From Minisyncoccota bacterium (GTDB lineage: Bacteria > Patescibacteriota > Minisyncoccia > Phycocordibacterales > UBA9973): a DNA stretch of 62,539 nucleotides. Below are positions 27,719 through 37,429 of the stretch, in pieces. The notes under the pieces were generated by a model, which ran no database searches, was not told the origin of the DNA, and saw only the letters and a list, made by a program, of their open reading frames with translations. The stretch lies in NCBI GenBank assembly GCA_041664285.1, contig JBAYLA010000005.1, positions 1 to 62,539 of the forward strand, read 5' to 3'. The translations under genes were made by a program, and so were the position numbers. The first letter of the stretch is position 1, and each line of letters opens with the position of its first letter.

Positions 27719-30700
27719 ATGGAAGAAAAAGATACAAAGAAAAAAAGTGAAACAGCTCTTCGTGAAGAGCGTGTTTTAGAATTTTGGAAAGAAAGTAAAA
27801 TTTTTTCGAAGACCCTGAGTGCAACGAAGGGGAAAAAAGAATTTATTTTTTACGAAGGTCCACCAACTGCCAATGGCAAGCCAGGGATACATCATTTAGA
27901 AGCGCGAGCGTTTAAAGACGCTATTCCTAGATATAAAACTATGAAGGGTTTTCATGTTCGCCGAAAGGGTGGATGGGATACTCATGGATTACCGGTAGAG
28001 CTTCAAGTGGAAAAAAAGCTTGGACTCAATTCAAAAAAAGCAATTGAAGAATATGGTATTGCGAAATTTAATCAGGAGTGCAAAGAAAGTGTTTGGGAGT
28101 ATTTAGAAGTTTGGAATGATTTTACTAAACGGATTGGTTATTGGGTGGATCAAGAAAATCCATATGTAACATATCACAATGATTATATTGAGTCTGTTTG
28201 GAGTGTTATCAAAAAAATAAATGATCAGAATTTACTTTATAAAGATTATAAGGTTGTGCCTTGGTGTCCAAGGTGTGGAACGGCTCTTTCTTCACACGAA
28301 CTTGCGCAGGGGTATGAAGATGTAAAAGATTTATCGGTGTATGTAAAGTTTAAGATAACTGCTCGGGTACAGAAAAATTCTGCCGCTTTACCCGCAAGCG
28401 GGCTCCGACACGAACAAAATTTTTCTGCACCCGAGCAGTTTGTGCTCGCTTGGACGACAACCCCGTGGACTTTGCCGGGGAATGTAGCACTAGCTGTTGG
28501 TGAAAATATTGATTATGTAAAAATAAAAAAACCTGCCTCGCCGGCGGGCGGGGAAAATGAACTTTTAATTCTTGCAAAATATAGGCTTGCTGTAATAGAC
28601 GGGGAATATGAGGTGCTAGAAGAATTTAAAGGTAAAGATTTAATTGGTTTAGAATATGAACCCTTATACCCATATTTAGAAAATATTATTTCTGAAAGTG
28701 AAAAACCAAAATTAGAAAAAGCATATAAAGTTTACGGAGCAGATTTTGTCACCACTGAAGAGGGCACAGGAGTAGTGCATACGGCTGTAATGTACGGACA
28801 GGATGATTTTGAACTTGGCACAAAGATTGGTCTGCCGAAGCATCACTTGGTTGGTTTGGATGGAAAATTTTTGCCAGGGACAGGAATATTCGAAGGCAGG
28901 TTTGTACGAGACGAAGAGGTTGCAGTTGATGTCATTAAAGATTTAGCCCACAGAGGACTTCTGTTGAAAAAAGAAAAATACGAACACCCTTATCCTCATT
29001 GCTGGAGATGTAAAACAGCGCTTGTTTATTATGCTCGAGATTCTTGGTATATCAAAGTTTCTGATTCGAAAATAAAAGAAAAGATGGTGGAGGAGAACAA
29101 AGAAATAAATTGGGAACCAGCACATATTCGTGATGGGCGTTTTGGACAATGGCTGGAGGAGATTAAGGATTGGGCAATTTCTCGCGAAAGATATTGGGGG
29201 ACACCCCTTCCAGTTTGGATTTGTGAAACTTGTAAGAAGATTGATGTTGTTGGAAGCATTGAAGATATAAAAGAAAAAACAAAAAAATCTGGTAATAAAT
29301 ATTTTGTGATGAGACACGGTGAATCAGAGAGCAATACAGGGAAAATTATTATAAGATGTAATCCAAAAAGTAAAGATTGTTTGACAAAAAAAGGCAGAGA
29401 ACAAGTTCTGAATTCAATAGAAGAGATAAAAAGTAAAAATATTGATGTGATCATATCTTCTGATTTTATAAGAACTAAAGAAACTGTTGAAATAATAAAA
29501 GAAAAAATTAATTTTAAAGGAGAAATTGTTTTTGATGAGAGAGTTAGAGAATTTAATGTTGGGATATTTGATGGAAAAACTTGGGAGGAATATATTGCTT
29601 TTGCATCTCATAAGTACAATTATACGTTTATCGCTGAAGGGGGAGAATCATGGAAACAGATGAGAGAACGAATGATTGATCAAATATATGATTTAGAGAA
29701 AAAATATAAGAATAAAAATATATTAATAGTGTCTCATGCGGGTCCATTAAGGGCACTTTTTGCTGGATTAGAAAGTAATGATAAACAAGAAATTGAAAAG
29801 AAATTATCCGAAAAAGAATATGTGAGTTTTAAAAATGCTGAAATTAAAGAACTTAATTTTGTCCCTCTTCCACATAATGAAAATTACGAACTTGATTTAC
29901 ATCGACCATACATTGATGAAGTGAAGCTTGTTTGCGTCCATTCGACCTCCTCAGGGTCTTCTTGTGGTGGAAATTTAGTAAGAACGAAAGAAGTGATGGA
30001 TGTCTGGCTAGACTCTGGCTGTATGCCTTTTGCTCAAGATCATTATCCATTTGAGAATAGAAAGTGGGTAGAAGGGGTGGGTTATCCTGCTGATTTTATC
30101 TCTGAAGCGATTGATCAGACTCGAGGATGGTTTTATACGCTTCATGCTATTGGTGTATTGGTGGGGAGAGGCAAAGCTTATAAAAACGTTATTTGTTTAG
30201 GACATTTACTGGACGCAAAAGGGAAAAAGATGTCTAAATCTCTCGGTAATATTGTTGATCCATGGGAGATGATGGATAAATACGGCGTAGATACACTGCG
30301 TCTCTGGATGTACTCGGTTAATCAACCAGGTGAGTCTAAAAACTTTGATGAAAAAACAGTTGCCCTACTTCATCAACAAGTTTTTACTTTGCTCTACAAT
30401 GTGCTGGTGTTTTATGAACTTTATCGAGATAAAAATTTAGAAATAAACAGTAGACCTAATTCAAAAAATATTTTAGACCAATGGATTCTAGCACGACTGG
30501 ATGAATTGATTGATGAATCTACAAAAAAAATGGATGATTACAAATTGCTGGAACCAGTCAGAGGAATAAAAGATTTTATTGGTGACCTTTCTACTTGGTA
30601 TTTGCGTCGTTCACGCGAACGTATTAAAGAAGGAGACAGAGAAGCGAAAGCAACTTTATATTTTGTGTTAAAAACTCTTACTAAAATTATGGCTCCTTTT

Positions 30701-31786
30701 GCTCCGTTTACAGCAGAAGATATTTGGCTGAAATTAAAAACAGACAATGATAAAGAAAGTGTGCATCTAGAAAATTGGCCTTCCAAACCGTTTAAATTAT
30801 TCTCTTTTGGCAAGACAAATATAATAGATGAGATGGAAATGGTTAGAAAGATTGTTACCTTAGGGCTTGAGGCAAGACAACAAGCTGGAATTAAAGTGCG
30901 TCAGCCTCTCGCTTCGCTCAAGCTGAAAGTTGAAAGTAAGAAGTTATCAAGTGAATATACTGATTTAATTAAAGATGAATTGAACGTAAAAGAAATTATT
31001 TTTAATAACTCTATTACAAACGAAGTTGAGTTGGATATAAATATTACTCCAGCACTCAAGGCAGAGGGAGAGTATCGTGAGTTTATGAGGGAACTTCAAG
31101 ATCAAAGAAAAAAGCTTGGCCTTAACCCAGGGGACAAGATGCCTATGAGCATTGAAACAATATACAAAAAATACAAAATCACGCCGAATCTACAAGAGCA
31201 CATGCTACGAACGGCGGCAGTTGCATCTTTAATTTGTGATAATTTTACTGAGCCATTACAAAAAGAAGAAATTATTATCGCTTGCTTGCTTCATGATATG
31301 GGGAATATTGCAAAATTTGACATGAATGTTTTTCCAGAATCTTTTGAGCCTGAGGGGGTGGAATATTGGCAGGGGGTAAAAGAAGAATTTATAAAAAAAT
31401 ATGGAAAAGATCAGCATGAAACAACGATAAAAATTATGCAAGAACTTGGTTTACCCGATAATCTGGTTTTACTCGCTGGCCGAAACAGTTTTTCATTAAT
31501 TTGTGAGCACCGCGATAGTAGTGATATTAATATGAAAATAGTCCATTATGCTGATGGGCGAGTTGATCCATGTGGAGTTGTTTCTTATGACGAGCGTATG
31601 GATGAAGCTAAAGGTCGCTATAAACTAAAAAGTCGAGTTGAAGAAGAAGAACGAGAAAGGTTAACTCAATGTGGCAAAGACATAGAAAAACAAATTTTTG
31701 CTAAATGCAAAATAAAACCAGAAGATATAAATAATAAAACCGTTGCCCCCATAATCTTAGAATTAAAAAATTTCATTATAAAATAA
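27719..31786 (+). CDS. ileS: Isoleucyl-tRNA synthetase fused to an internal histidine-phosphatase domain and a C-terminal HD phosphohydrolase domain
   Basis: [30 protein letters not shown]. Internal FVMRHGESESN...VSHAGPLRAL (about 29288-29880). C-terminal QEHMLRT...LLHDMGN...VHYADGRVD (about 31150-31783). Confidence 0.9.
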   Translation: MEEKDTKKKSETALREERVLEFWKESKIFSKTLSATKGKKEFIFYEGPPTANGKPGIHHLEARAFKDAIPRYKTMKGFHVRRKGGWDTHGLPVELQVEKKLGLNSKKAIEEYGIAKFNQECKESVWEYLEVWNDFTKRIGYWVDQENPYVTYHNDYIESVWSVIKKINDQNLLYKDYKVVPWCPRCGTALSSHELAQGYEDVKDLSVYVKFKITARVQKNSAALPASGLRHEQNFSAPEQFVLAWTTTPWTLPGNVALAVGENIDYVKIKKPASPAGGENELLILAKYRLAVIDGEYEVLEEFKGKDLIGLEYEPLYPYLENIISESEKPKLEKAYKVYGADFVTTEEGTGVVHTAVMYGQDDFELGTKIGLPKHHLVGLDGKFLPGTGIFEGRFVRDEEVAVDVIKDLAHRGLLLKKEKYEHPYPHCWRCKTALVYYARDSWYIKVSDSKIKEKMVEENKEINWEPAHIRDGRFGQWLEEIKDWAISRERYWGTPLPVWICETCKKIDVVGSIEDIKEKTKKSGNKYFVMRHGESESNTGKIIIRCNPKSKDCLTKKGREQVLNSIEEIKSKNIDVIISSDFIRTKETVEIIKEKINFKGEIVFDERVREFNVGIFDGKTWEEYIAFASHKYNYTFIAEGGESWKQMRERMIDQIYDLEKKYKNKNILIVSHAGPLRALFAGLESNDKQEIEKKLSEKEYVSFKNAEIKELNFVPLPHNENYELDLHRPYIDEVKLVCVHSTSSGSSCGGNLVRTKEVMDVWLDSGCMPFAQDHYPFENRKWVEGVGYPADFISEAIDQTRGWFYTLHAIGVLVGRGKAYKNVICLGHLLDAKGKKMSKSLGNIVDPWEMMDKYGVDTLRLWMYSVNQPGESKNFDEKTVALLHQQVFTLLYNVLVFYELYRDKNLEINSRPNSKNILDQWILARLDELIDESTKKMDDYKLLEPVRGIKDFIGDLSTWYLRRSRERIKEGDREAKATLYFVLKTLTKIMAPFAPFTAEDIWLKLKTDNDKESVHLENWPSKPFKLFSFGKTNIIDEMEMVRKIVTLGLEARQQAGIKVRQPLASLKLKVESKKLSSEYTDLIKDELNVKEIIFNNSITNEVELDINITPALKAEGEYREFMRELQDQRKKLGLNPGDKMPMSIETIYKKYKITPNLQEHMLRTAAVASLICDNFTEPLQKEEIIIACLLHDMGNIAKFDMNVFPESFEPEGVEYWQGVKEEFIKKYGKDQHETTIKIMQELGLPDNLVLLAGRNSFSLICEHRDSSDINMKIVHYADGRVDPCGVVSYDERMDEAKGRYKLKSRVEEEERERLTQCGKDIEKQIFAKCKIKPEDINNKTVAPIILELKNFIIK
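28358..28439. repeat. GC-rich palindromic element inserted in frame in ileS
   Basis: 22-nt arms actgctcgggtacagaaaaatt / aatttttctgcacccgagcagt (21 of 22 complementary). Inner hairpin cccgcaagcggg. Confidence 0.7.
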
Positions 31787-32365
31787 ATGCATCACATTTA
31801 TCACACGGAGGGAATAATTTTGGGAAGTAAAAATTACGGAGAGGCAGGGAAATATTATGCTGTTTTTACACGTGACTTGGGGATGATTTACGCCTCGGCA
31901 CAAGGTGTTCGCAAGATGTCTTCGAAATTGCGTTTTGTGTTGCAAGACTTTGCTTATGTAAAAATAGACCTTGTGCAAGGAAAAGATTTTTGGCGCTTAA
32001 CTAGCGCTTCCAAGACAAATAAATTAGAAAAGATTGTGAAAAATCCTGGAACTTTTGAAGTTTTTTCTAACATTGCTAAATTGTTAAAAAGATTACTAGC
32101 GGGGATAGAGCCGAACGAGGCTTTATTTCTTGATTTAATAAATGGTTTAACTGTTTTAGAAAAGGCTAAAGTAGAACACTTAAGAAATGTTGAAGCTGTT
32201 ATTGTCCTGAGGATATTAGATAATTTAGGGTATATTGGTGGAGACAAAGCTTTGCAAAATATAACCAAATCTCCTTTTGAAGAGAATTTAATATTTGAAT
32301 TTTCAAAATCAAGATCTCAAGTGTTACGTCAAATCAACAAAGCTCTGAAGGAGACACATTTATAA
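31787..32365 (+). CDS. recO: DNA repair protein RecO (short form)
   Basis: N-terminal OB-fold pattern HTEGIILGSKNYGEAGKYYAVFTRDLGMIYASAQGVRK. Confidence 0.6.
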   Translation: MHHIYHTEGIILGSKNYGEAGKYYAVFTRDLGMIYASAQGVRKMSSKLRFVLQDFAYVKIDLVQGKDFWRLTSASKTNKLEKIVKNPGTFEVFSNIAKLLKRLLAGIEPNEALFLDLINGLTVLEKAKVEHLRNVEAVIVLRILDNLGYIGGDKALQNITKSPFEENLIFEFSKSRSQVLRQINKALKETHL

Positions 32366-32407
32366 AAGAACTTGCCCCAGTAGGGATTTTTAAAATCTCC
32401 TTCGGGG

Positions 32408-32416
32408 TGCTACAAT
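32408..32416 (+). promoter_or_regulatory. Extended -10 (TGcTACAAT), 7 nt before ATG 32424
   Basis: Read directly. Confidence 0.55.
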
Positions 32417-32423
32417 TGTAGAT

Positions 32424-34355
32424 ATGTCGTTAGATGATATGAATAAGCTCAATAGGCTTGAAGAATTAAAAAGTAAGCTTTTTAATAAAAATTATCAAAC
32501 TAAAATAGAGCATCGAGATGTTTTCTCTCATGTCCCCAAAAATGAAATCGTTGATTCTTGGGAGACAAAAGAAAAAACTGAGTCTGGGTCTCAAGAGAAA
32601 TTTTTTATGAAAACATCTGGATTTAAGAAATTTTTTATTTTTTCTGTAATTTTTTTTATTTTAACTTTAGGTTATGCAGCTTTCGTCTTTTTTGCCGGAG
32701 GGAATACTGTTTCTAATAATAATATTGATATTTCTGTACTCGGAAATAATTTTACAGCTGGCGGCGAAGAGCTTCCATTGATTGTTGGAATTATAAATAG
32801 AAACAACTCTGCCCTTGATTTAGTTGATCTTGTTATGGAATATCCGAAAGGTTTAGCCACTGATTTATCTTCTGATATGGAACGTCTTCGTGTGTCCCTG
32901 GGGACAATTCCAGCCGGAGCAGTCCGAAATGAAAATTTAAAAGTGGTGCTTTTTGGAGAGCAGGGAAGCATCATTCCTATTAAAATAACTATTGAATATC
33001 GAGTAGCGGGGTCCAACGCTATTTTTGTTAAAGAAAAACCTTACGAAGTAACCATCCGTTCTACACCAATAAATCTTTCAGTAGATGCTCCACTTTCTAT
33101 AAGTCCTAATCAAGATATTACTTTAAACATAAAAGCCTCACTGAATGCCACAAAAGCAACTCCTAAAATATTAGTTAAGGTTGATTATCCGTTTGGATTT
33201 ACTTTTGTAAAATCTGTACCAGAACCTTCTTTTGGTAATAATGTTTGGGACTTAGGTGATGTCGCTCCCGGGGCAGAACATAATATTTCTATATCTGGCA
33301 AGATGGTTGATGTTTTCGATGGAGAAGAAAAAATATTTAATATTTCGAGTGGATCACAATCCAATACAGAAAAATCTATTATTAACGTTGTTTTTAATTC
33401 TATCAAGAGTGTTGTCGCAATTAAAAAACCTTTTATTGAAGCGAATCTTTATATAAATGGTGTCTCACAAAGAGAATATGCGGTAGATACCAAGACACCA
33501 ATTAGGGCAGAAATTCGTTATGTTAACAACCTAGACACCAAAGTAAGTGATTTAGAGATAAAAGCAAAAATTTCTGGAAATGCTTTTGATCGCAAAACAA
33601 TAAATGTGCAACAAGGTTATTATGATTCATCAAAAGAAACAATCACTTGGAATACAGGTTCTAAGAGCCAATTAAAAGAATCAAATTCAGGCGATTCAGA
33701 TTCTGTGGAGTTTTCTTTCTCTCCATTATCAACGTTTTCTACGGCTAGCGGAACATCAACAAATCCATCTATAAACATAGATGTAAGTATTTCTGGCAAG
33801 CAGGCAGTTGAAGGTTCTCTTGTTAACGAACTAGATAATTCAACAGGAGCGAATATTCGTATTATCTCGGATGTTGGTTTCTCTGGGAAGGCACTTTATT
33901 ATTCTGGACCTTTTACTAACACTGGTCCAATCCCTCCAAAAATTGAACAATCAACAACTTACACAGTTGTCTGGACTCTTTCTAATACTACTAACAGTAT
34001 TTCAAAAGCGCAGGTAAGGTCTACTCTTCCTACATGGGTAGATTTCGTAGGATCAATTTCTCCAAAGGATGAAAATTTGACTTATAATGCTTTTACAAAA
34101 GAAATAATTTGGAATGTAGATAGAATACCAAAAGGTTCTGGAATTACAGCTCCTGCACGTACTGTTTCTTTTCAAGTTTCTTTTAAGCCTTCACTTTCTC
34201 AAGTTGGGACGCTTCCAGTTATTGTAAATGATGCAGTTTTGACGGGACATGATGATTTTGCTAATGTTGATGTAACAGTAAAAAAAATAAGACTTAATAC
34301 CAAGCTTGATAACGATGTAGCTTTCCCTCAGGGTGGAGGTATTGTAGCTGATTAA
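32424..34355 (+). CDS. Membrane-anchored extracytoplasmic protein, function unknown
   Basis: Single N-terminal TM (FFIFSVIFFILTLGYAAFVFFAGG) followed by a long beta-rich region. Confidence 0.6.
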   Translation: MSLDDMNKLNRLEELKSKLFNKNYQTKIEHRDVFSHVPKNEIVDSWETKEKTESGSQEKFFMKTSGFKKFFIFSVIFFILTLGYAAFVFFAGGNTVSNNNIDISVLGNNFTAGGEELPLIVGIINRNNSALDLVDLVMEYPKGLATDLSSDMERLRVSLGTIPAGAVRNENLKVVLFGEQGSIIPIKITIEYRVAGSNAIFVKEKPYEVTIRSTPINLSVDAPLSISPNQDITLNIKASLNATKATPKILVKVDYPFGFTFVKSVPEPSFGNNVWDLGDVAPGAEHNISISGKMVDVFDGEEKIFNISSGSQSNTEKSIINVVFNSIKSVVAIKKPFIEANLYINGVSQREYAVDTKTPIRAEIRYVNNLDTKVSDLEIKAKISGNAFDRKTINVQQGYYDSSKETITWNTGSKSQLKESNSGDSDSVEFSFSPLSTFSTASGTSTNPSINIDVSISGKQAVEGSLVNELDNSTGANIRIISDVGFSGKALYYSGPFTNTGPIPPKIEQSTTYTVVWTLSNTTNSISKAQVRSTLPTWVDFVGSISPKDENLTYNAFTKEIIWNVDRIPKGSGITAPARTVSFQVSFKPSLSQVGTLPVIVNDAVLTGHDDFANVDVTVKKIRLNTKLDNDVAFPQGGGIVAD

Positions 34356-34364
34356 TTATAAAAA

Positions 34365-35675
34365 ATGAAAGAAATAAAAAACCAAGAAGATAATTTAATG
34401 GAAAAAATAAGTTCGCTCTGCAAAAGACGTGGATTTATTTTTCAAGGTTCAGAAATCTATGGTGGGCTAGCGGGTACTTGGGACTTGGGACATTTCGGCG
34501 TGGCTTTAAAAAATAATATTACTCAAAATTGGTGGAAAAAATTTGTTGATAGTAGGCGTGATATGTATGGTGTCGATGCAGCGATTCTAATGCGTCAGGA
34601 AGTTTGGCAAGCCTCTGGGCACGTGGAAGGTTTCCACGATCCTCTGGTAGAATGTAAAAAATGTCATCACCGATTTCGCACTGACCAGATTGAAGATGCT
34701 CAAAAATGTCCTGATTGTGGAGGGGGATTTGGTGAAGTTCAGCAATTTAACATGATGTTTAAAACTCATATTGGAGCTACGGAAGAAAGTACTTCTATCT
34801 CATATTTGCGACCAGAAACAGCCCAAGGAATGTTTGTTAATTTTAAAAACACAGTAGATGCTTTTCATCCAAAACTTCCTTTTGGGATGGCGCAAATAGG
34901 CAAAGCTTTTAGAAATGAAATAGCTCCACGTGATTTTATTTTTAGAGTTCGCGAATTTGAACAAATGGAAATAGAATATTTTATTCGGCCGACAGATTGG
35001 GAGAAATATTTTGAATACTGGAAAGGAGAGATGCTCGACTGGATGGAAGAAGTAGGTATTGATATGGGGAAAGTGCATGAGTTAGAAGTTCCAAAAGAAG
35101 AAAGAGCGCATTACTCTAGCCGAACGATTGATTTTTATTTTGATTTTCCCTTTGGAAATAAAGAACTCTTTGGGTTAGCTTATCGCGCAGACTTTGATTT
35201 AAAAACTCACAAATTAGATTATATCGACGAAGAAGAGGGAGGGAAAACAGTGCCCCATGTCATCGAGCCAACTTTTGGAGTGGGGAGAGCAATGCTCGCA
35301 GTTTTACTTTCTGCTTATCGTGAAGATGAAAAAGGTGGGGAAGTGCGTTCATATCTAAAATTTAAACCTAGTATTGCGCCGGTGATTTGCGCTGTTTCGC
35401 CACTTCTTAAAAATAAAATAGAACTTGTAGAATACGCTAATACAAAAGTCTATGCTCCACTGAAAGCCGAGTTTGGACGAGTAGCTTGGGACGACAATGG
35501 TAATATTGGCAAGCGTTATCGTCGGCAGGATGAAATTGGGACACCTTTTTGTATAGTGATTGATTTTGATACGCTCTCGGATGACACAGTAACCGTGCGA
35601 GACAGAGATACAGGTGAACAGGAGAGAGTAAAAGTAGCTGATTTAAAAAAGTACTTAAAAGAGAAAATAGATTAA
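34365..35675 (+). CDS. glyQS: Glycyl-tRNA synthetase (class II, alpha2 type)
   Basis: RRGFIFQGSEIYGG, YLRPETAQG, FRNEIAPR. Confidence 0.9.
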   Translation: MKEIKNQEDNLMEKISSLCKRRGFIFQGSEIYGGLAGTWDLGHFGVALKNNITQNWWKKFVDSRRDMYGVDAAILMRQEVWQASGHVEGFHDPLVECKKCHHRFRTDQIEDAQKCPDCGGGFGEVQQFNMMFKTHIGATEESTSISYLRPETAQGMFVNFKNTVDAFHPKLPFGMAQIGKAFRNEIAPRDFIFRVREFEQMEIEYFIRPTDWEKYFEYWKGEMLDWMEEVGIDMGKVHELEVPKEERAHYSSRTIDFYFDFPFGNKELFGLAYRADFDLKTHKLDYIDEEEGGKTVPHVIEPTFGVGRAMLAVLLSAYREDEKGGEVRSYLKFKPSIAPVICAVSPLLKNKIELVEYANTKVYAPLKAEFGRVAWDDNGNIGKRYRRQDEIGTPFCIVIDFDTLSDDTVTVRDRDTGEQERVKVADLKKYLKEKID

Positions 35676-36953
35676 ATGAAATTTTCAAAAAAAGTTTTAA
35701 AGAATGGACTACGGGTTGTTACTGTTCCAATGAAAGACAACCCTACTGTTACGGTGTTGGTGCTTGTGGAAGCAGGTTCAAAATATGAAAATAAAAAAGT
35801 GAATGGAATCTCACACTTTTTAGAACATATGTGCTTTAAGGGTACCAATAAAAGACCAAAAGCCATTGATATCTCAAAAGAATTAGATGCTCTTGGTAGT
35901 CAATACAACGCTTTCACAGCACAAGAATATACGGGATATTATGCAAAATCTGATGCCAAACATTTTAGTAAGATTTTTGATGTTGTTTCGGATATTTATC
36001 TAAATTCTACTTTCCCTGACGTTGAGATGCAAAAAGAAAAAGGAGTAATCATTGAAGAGATAAATATGTATGAAGATATACCCCAAAAACATGTGCAAGA
36101 TTTAATAATGAAATTACTTTATGGTGACACTCCTGCGGGCTGGAATATTGCTGGTGAGAAAAAAAATATTTTAAAAATGAAAAGGAATGATTTTGTCGCA
36201 TATAAAAAAGCTCATTATTTACCAGAGGCTACTGTTTTAGTCGTAGCTGGAGCGGTGACAGAGAAGCAAGTAATGAGTGAAGTGAATAAAATTTTTGGAA
36301 CCATGAAGCGTGGTAAAAAAGTAGGTAAGGTAAAAGTAAAAGAACAACAAAAAAATCCAAAAATATTAATTAGTTTCAAAAAGACGGATCAAACGCATTT
36401 TATTTTAGGGGTACGGAGTTTAAATTTATTTAGTAAGAAAAATGCTATGCTTACAGTCTTGGGAGGCATTTTAGGTGGGGGAATGAGTTCAAGACTTTTT
36501 CAAAAGCTTCGCGAAGAAATGGGTGTTGGTTATTATGTTCGGGCCTATAATGATACTTATACTGACCATGGATTTTTCCAAATTTCTGCTGGGGTGGACA
36601 ATAAAAGAATAGAAGAAGTAATTAAAGCCGTACTTCATGAATGCAATATTTTAAAAGAAGAAAAAGTGAGCGTCTCTGAATTAAATAAGGTGAAAGAATT
36701 TTTAATAGGGAATATGAAACTCTCCCTAGAATCAAGTGATGATATTGCGAATTTCTTTGGTGGGCAAGAACTTTTAAAACGTGAAATCAAAGGGATAGAA
36801 GATAAAGCAAAAAAAATACGTAAAGTAACAGCAAATGAAATCCAAAATTTAGCCAAAGATATTTTCCAAAACAATAAACTCAATTTGGCAATTATTGGGC
36901 CTTTTGAAGAACATCTTGAAAAAGCTAGATTTCTCAAAATACTTAAATTTTAA
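35676..36953 (+). CDS. M16-family zinc peptidase (insulinase-like)
   Basis: HxxEH zinc motif HFLEHMCFKGT. Confidence 0.85.
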   Translation: MKFSKKVLKNGLRVVTVPMKDNPTVTVLVLVEAGSKYENKKVNGISHFLEHMCFKGTNKRPKAIDISKELDALGSQYNAFTAQEYTGYYAKSDAKHFSKIFDVVSDIYLNSTFPDVEMQKEKGVIIEEINMYEDIPQKHVQDLIMKLLYGDTPAGWNIAGEKKNILKMKRNDFVAYKKAHYLPEATVLVVAGAVTEKQVMSEVNKIFGTMKRGKKVGKVKVKEQQKNPKILISFKKTDQTHFILGVRSLNLFSKKNAMLTVLGGILGGGMSSRLFQKLREEMGVGYYVRAYNDTYTDHGFFQISAGVDNKRIEEVIKAVLHECNILKEEKVSVSELNKVKEFLIGNMKLSLESSDDIANFFGGQELLKREIKGIEDKAKKIRKVTANEIQNLAKDIFQNNKLNLAIIGPFEEHLEKARFLKILKF

Positions 36954-37003
36954 GTAATGGATCAAGACTAAAATTTTTTATTTAACTTCGTGTAAAAAAA
37001 GAT

Positions 37004-37028
37004 GACCCACCGAGTAAACTGGTGGGTC
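37004..37028 (-). terminator. Intrinsic terminator of the 37053-37313 gene
   Basis: gacccacc / ggtgggtc stem. U tract on the minus strand (plus-strand A7 at 36994-37000). Confidence 0.7.
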
Positions 37029-37052
37029 GAGTGGATCCGGGCAGAGGAGTTC

Positions 37053-37313
37053 TTAATACTTTTTCAGAAACTCCCTTATTTGACAAATTATTTTCCCACT
37101 TAACTCAACAGAGGTGCGCCTTCGAGATAAACGCAACTCTATCTTTTTTAGAGATTCAACTATAGAACCTCTTTCTTTCTGAGATACCTTGATTTCACTA
37201 AGTACCTCAATAAATGCACTCATCCTCCCTATTACAAGGAGGTCAAAATTTGAGCCTCTTTCTTCTGACTCCTTTCTTATTTTCTCTAAAAGAATTTTGT
37301 ATACTTCTTCCAT
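37053..37313 (-). CDS. Small helical hypothetical protein (86 aa)
   Basis: Strong SD (GGGAGG) upstream of the ATG on the minus strand and its own terminator at 37004-37028. Confidence 0.5.
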   Translation of the reverse strand: MEEVYKILLEKIRKESEERGSNFDLLVIGRMSAFIEVLSEIKVSQKERGSIVESLKKIELRLSRRRTSVELSGKIICQIREFLKKY

Positions 37314-37414
37314 AGTACCTCCCTTTTCCCTTTTTTTTATTTTTTTGTACAGTTTTTATCAAACTATTCCAATCTCATAAAGATGTCAAGTGAATTTAAC
37401 TTCTAAGTGTTTTA

Positions 37415-37423
37415 TGGTATTAT
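37415..37423 (+). promoter_or_regulatory. Extended -10 (TGgTATTAT), 6 nt before ATG 37430
   Basis: Read directly. Confidence 0.55.
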
Positions 37424-37429
37424 GTTTTT

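Noticed and set aside
28350-28577. 75-aa minus-strand ORF inside ileS.
   Set aside because: It exists only because the GC-rich palindromic inserts remove stop codons on the antisense strand. The sense frame is an unambiguous IleRS.
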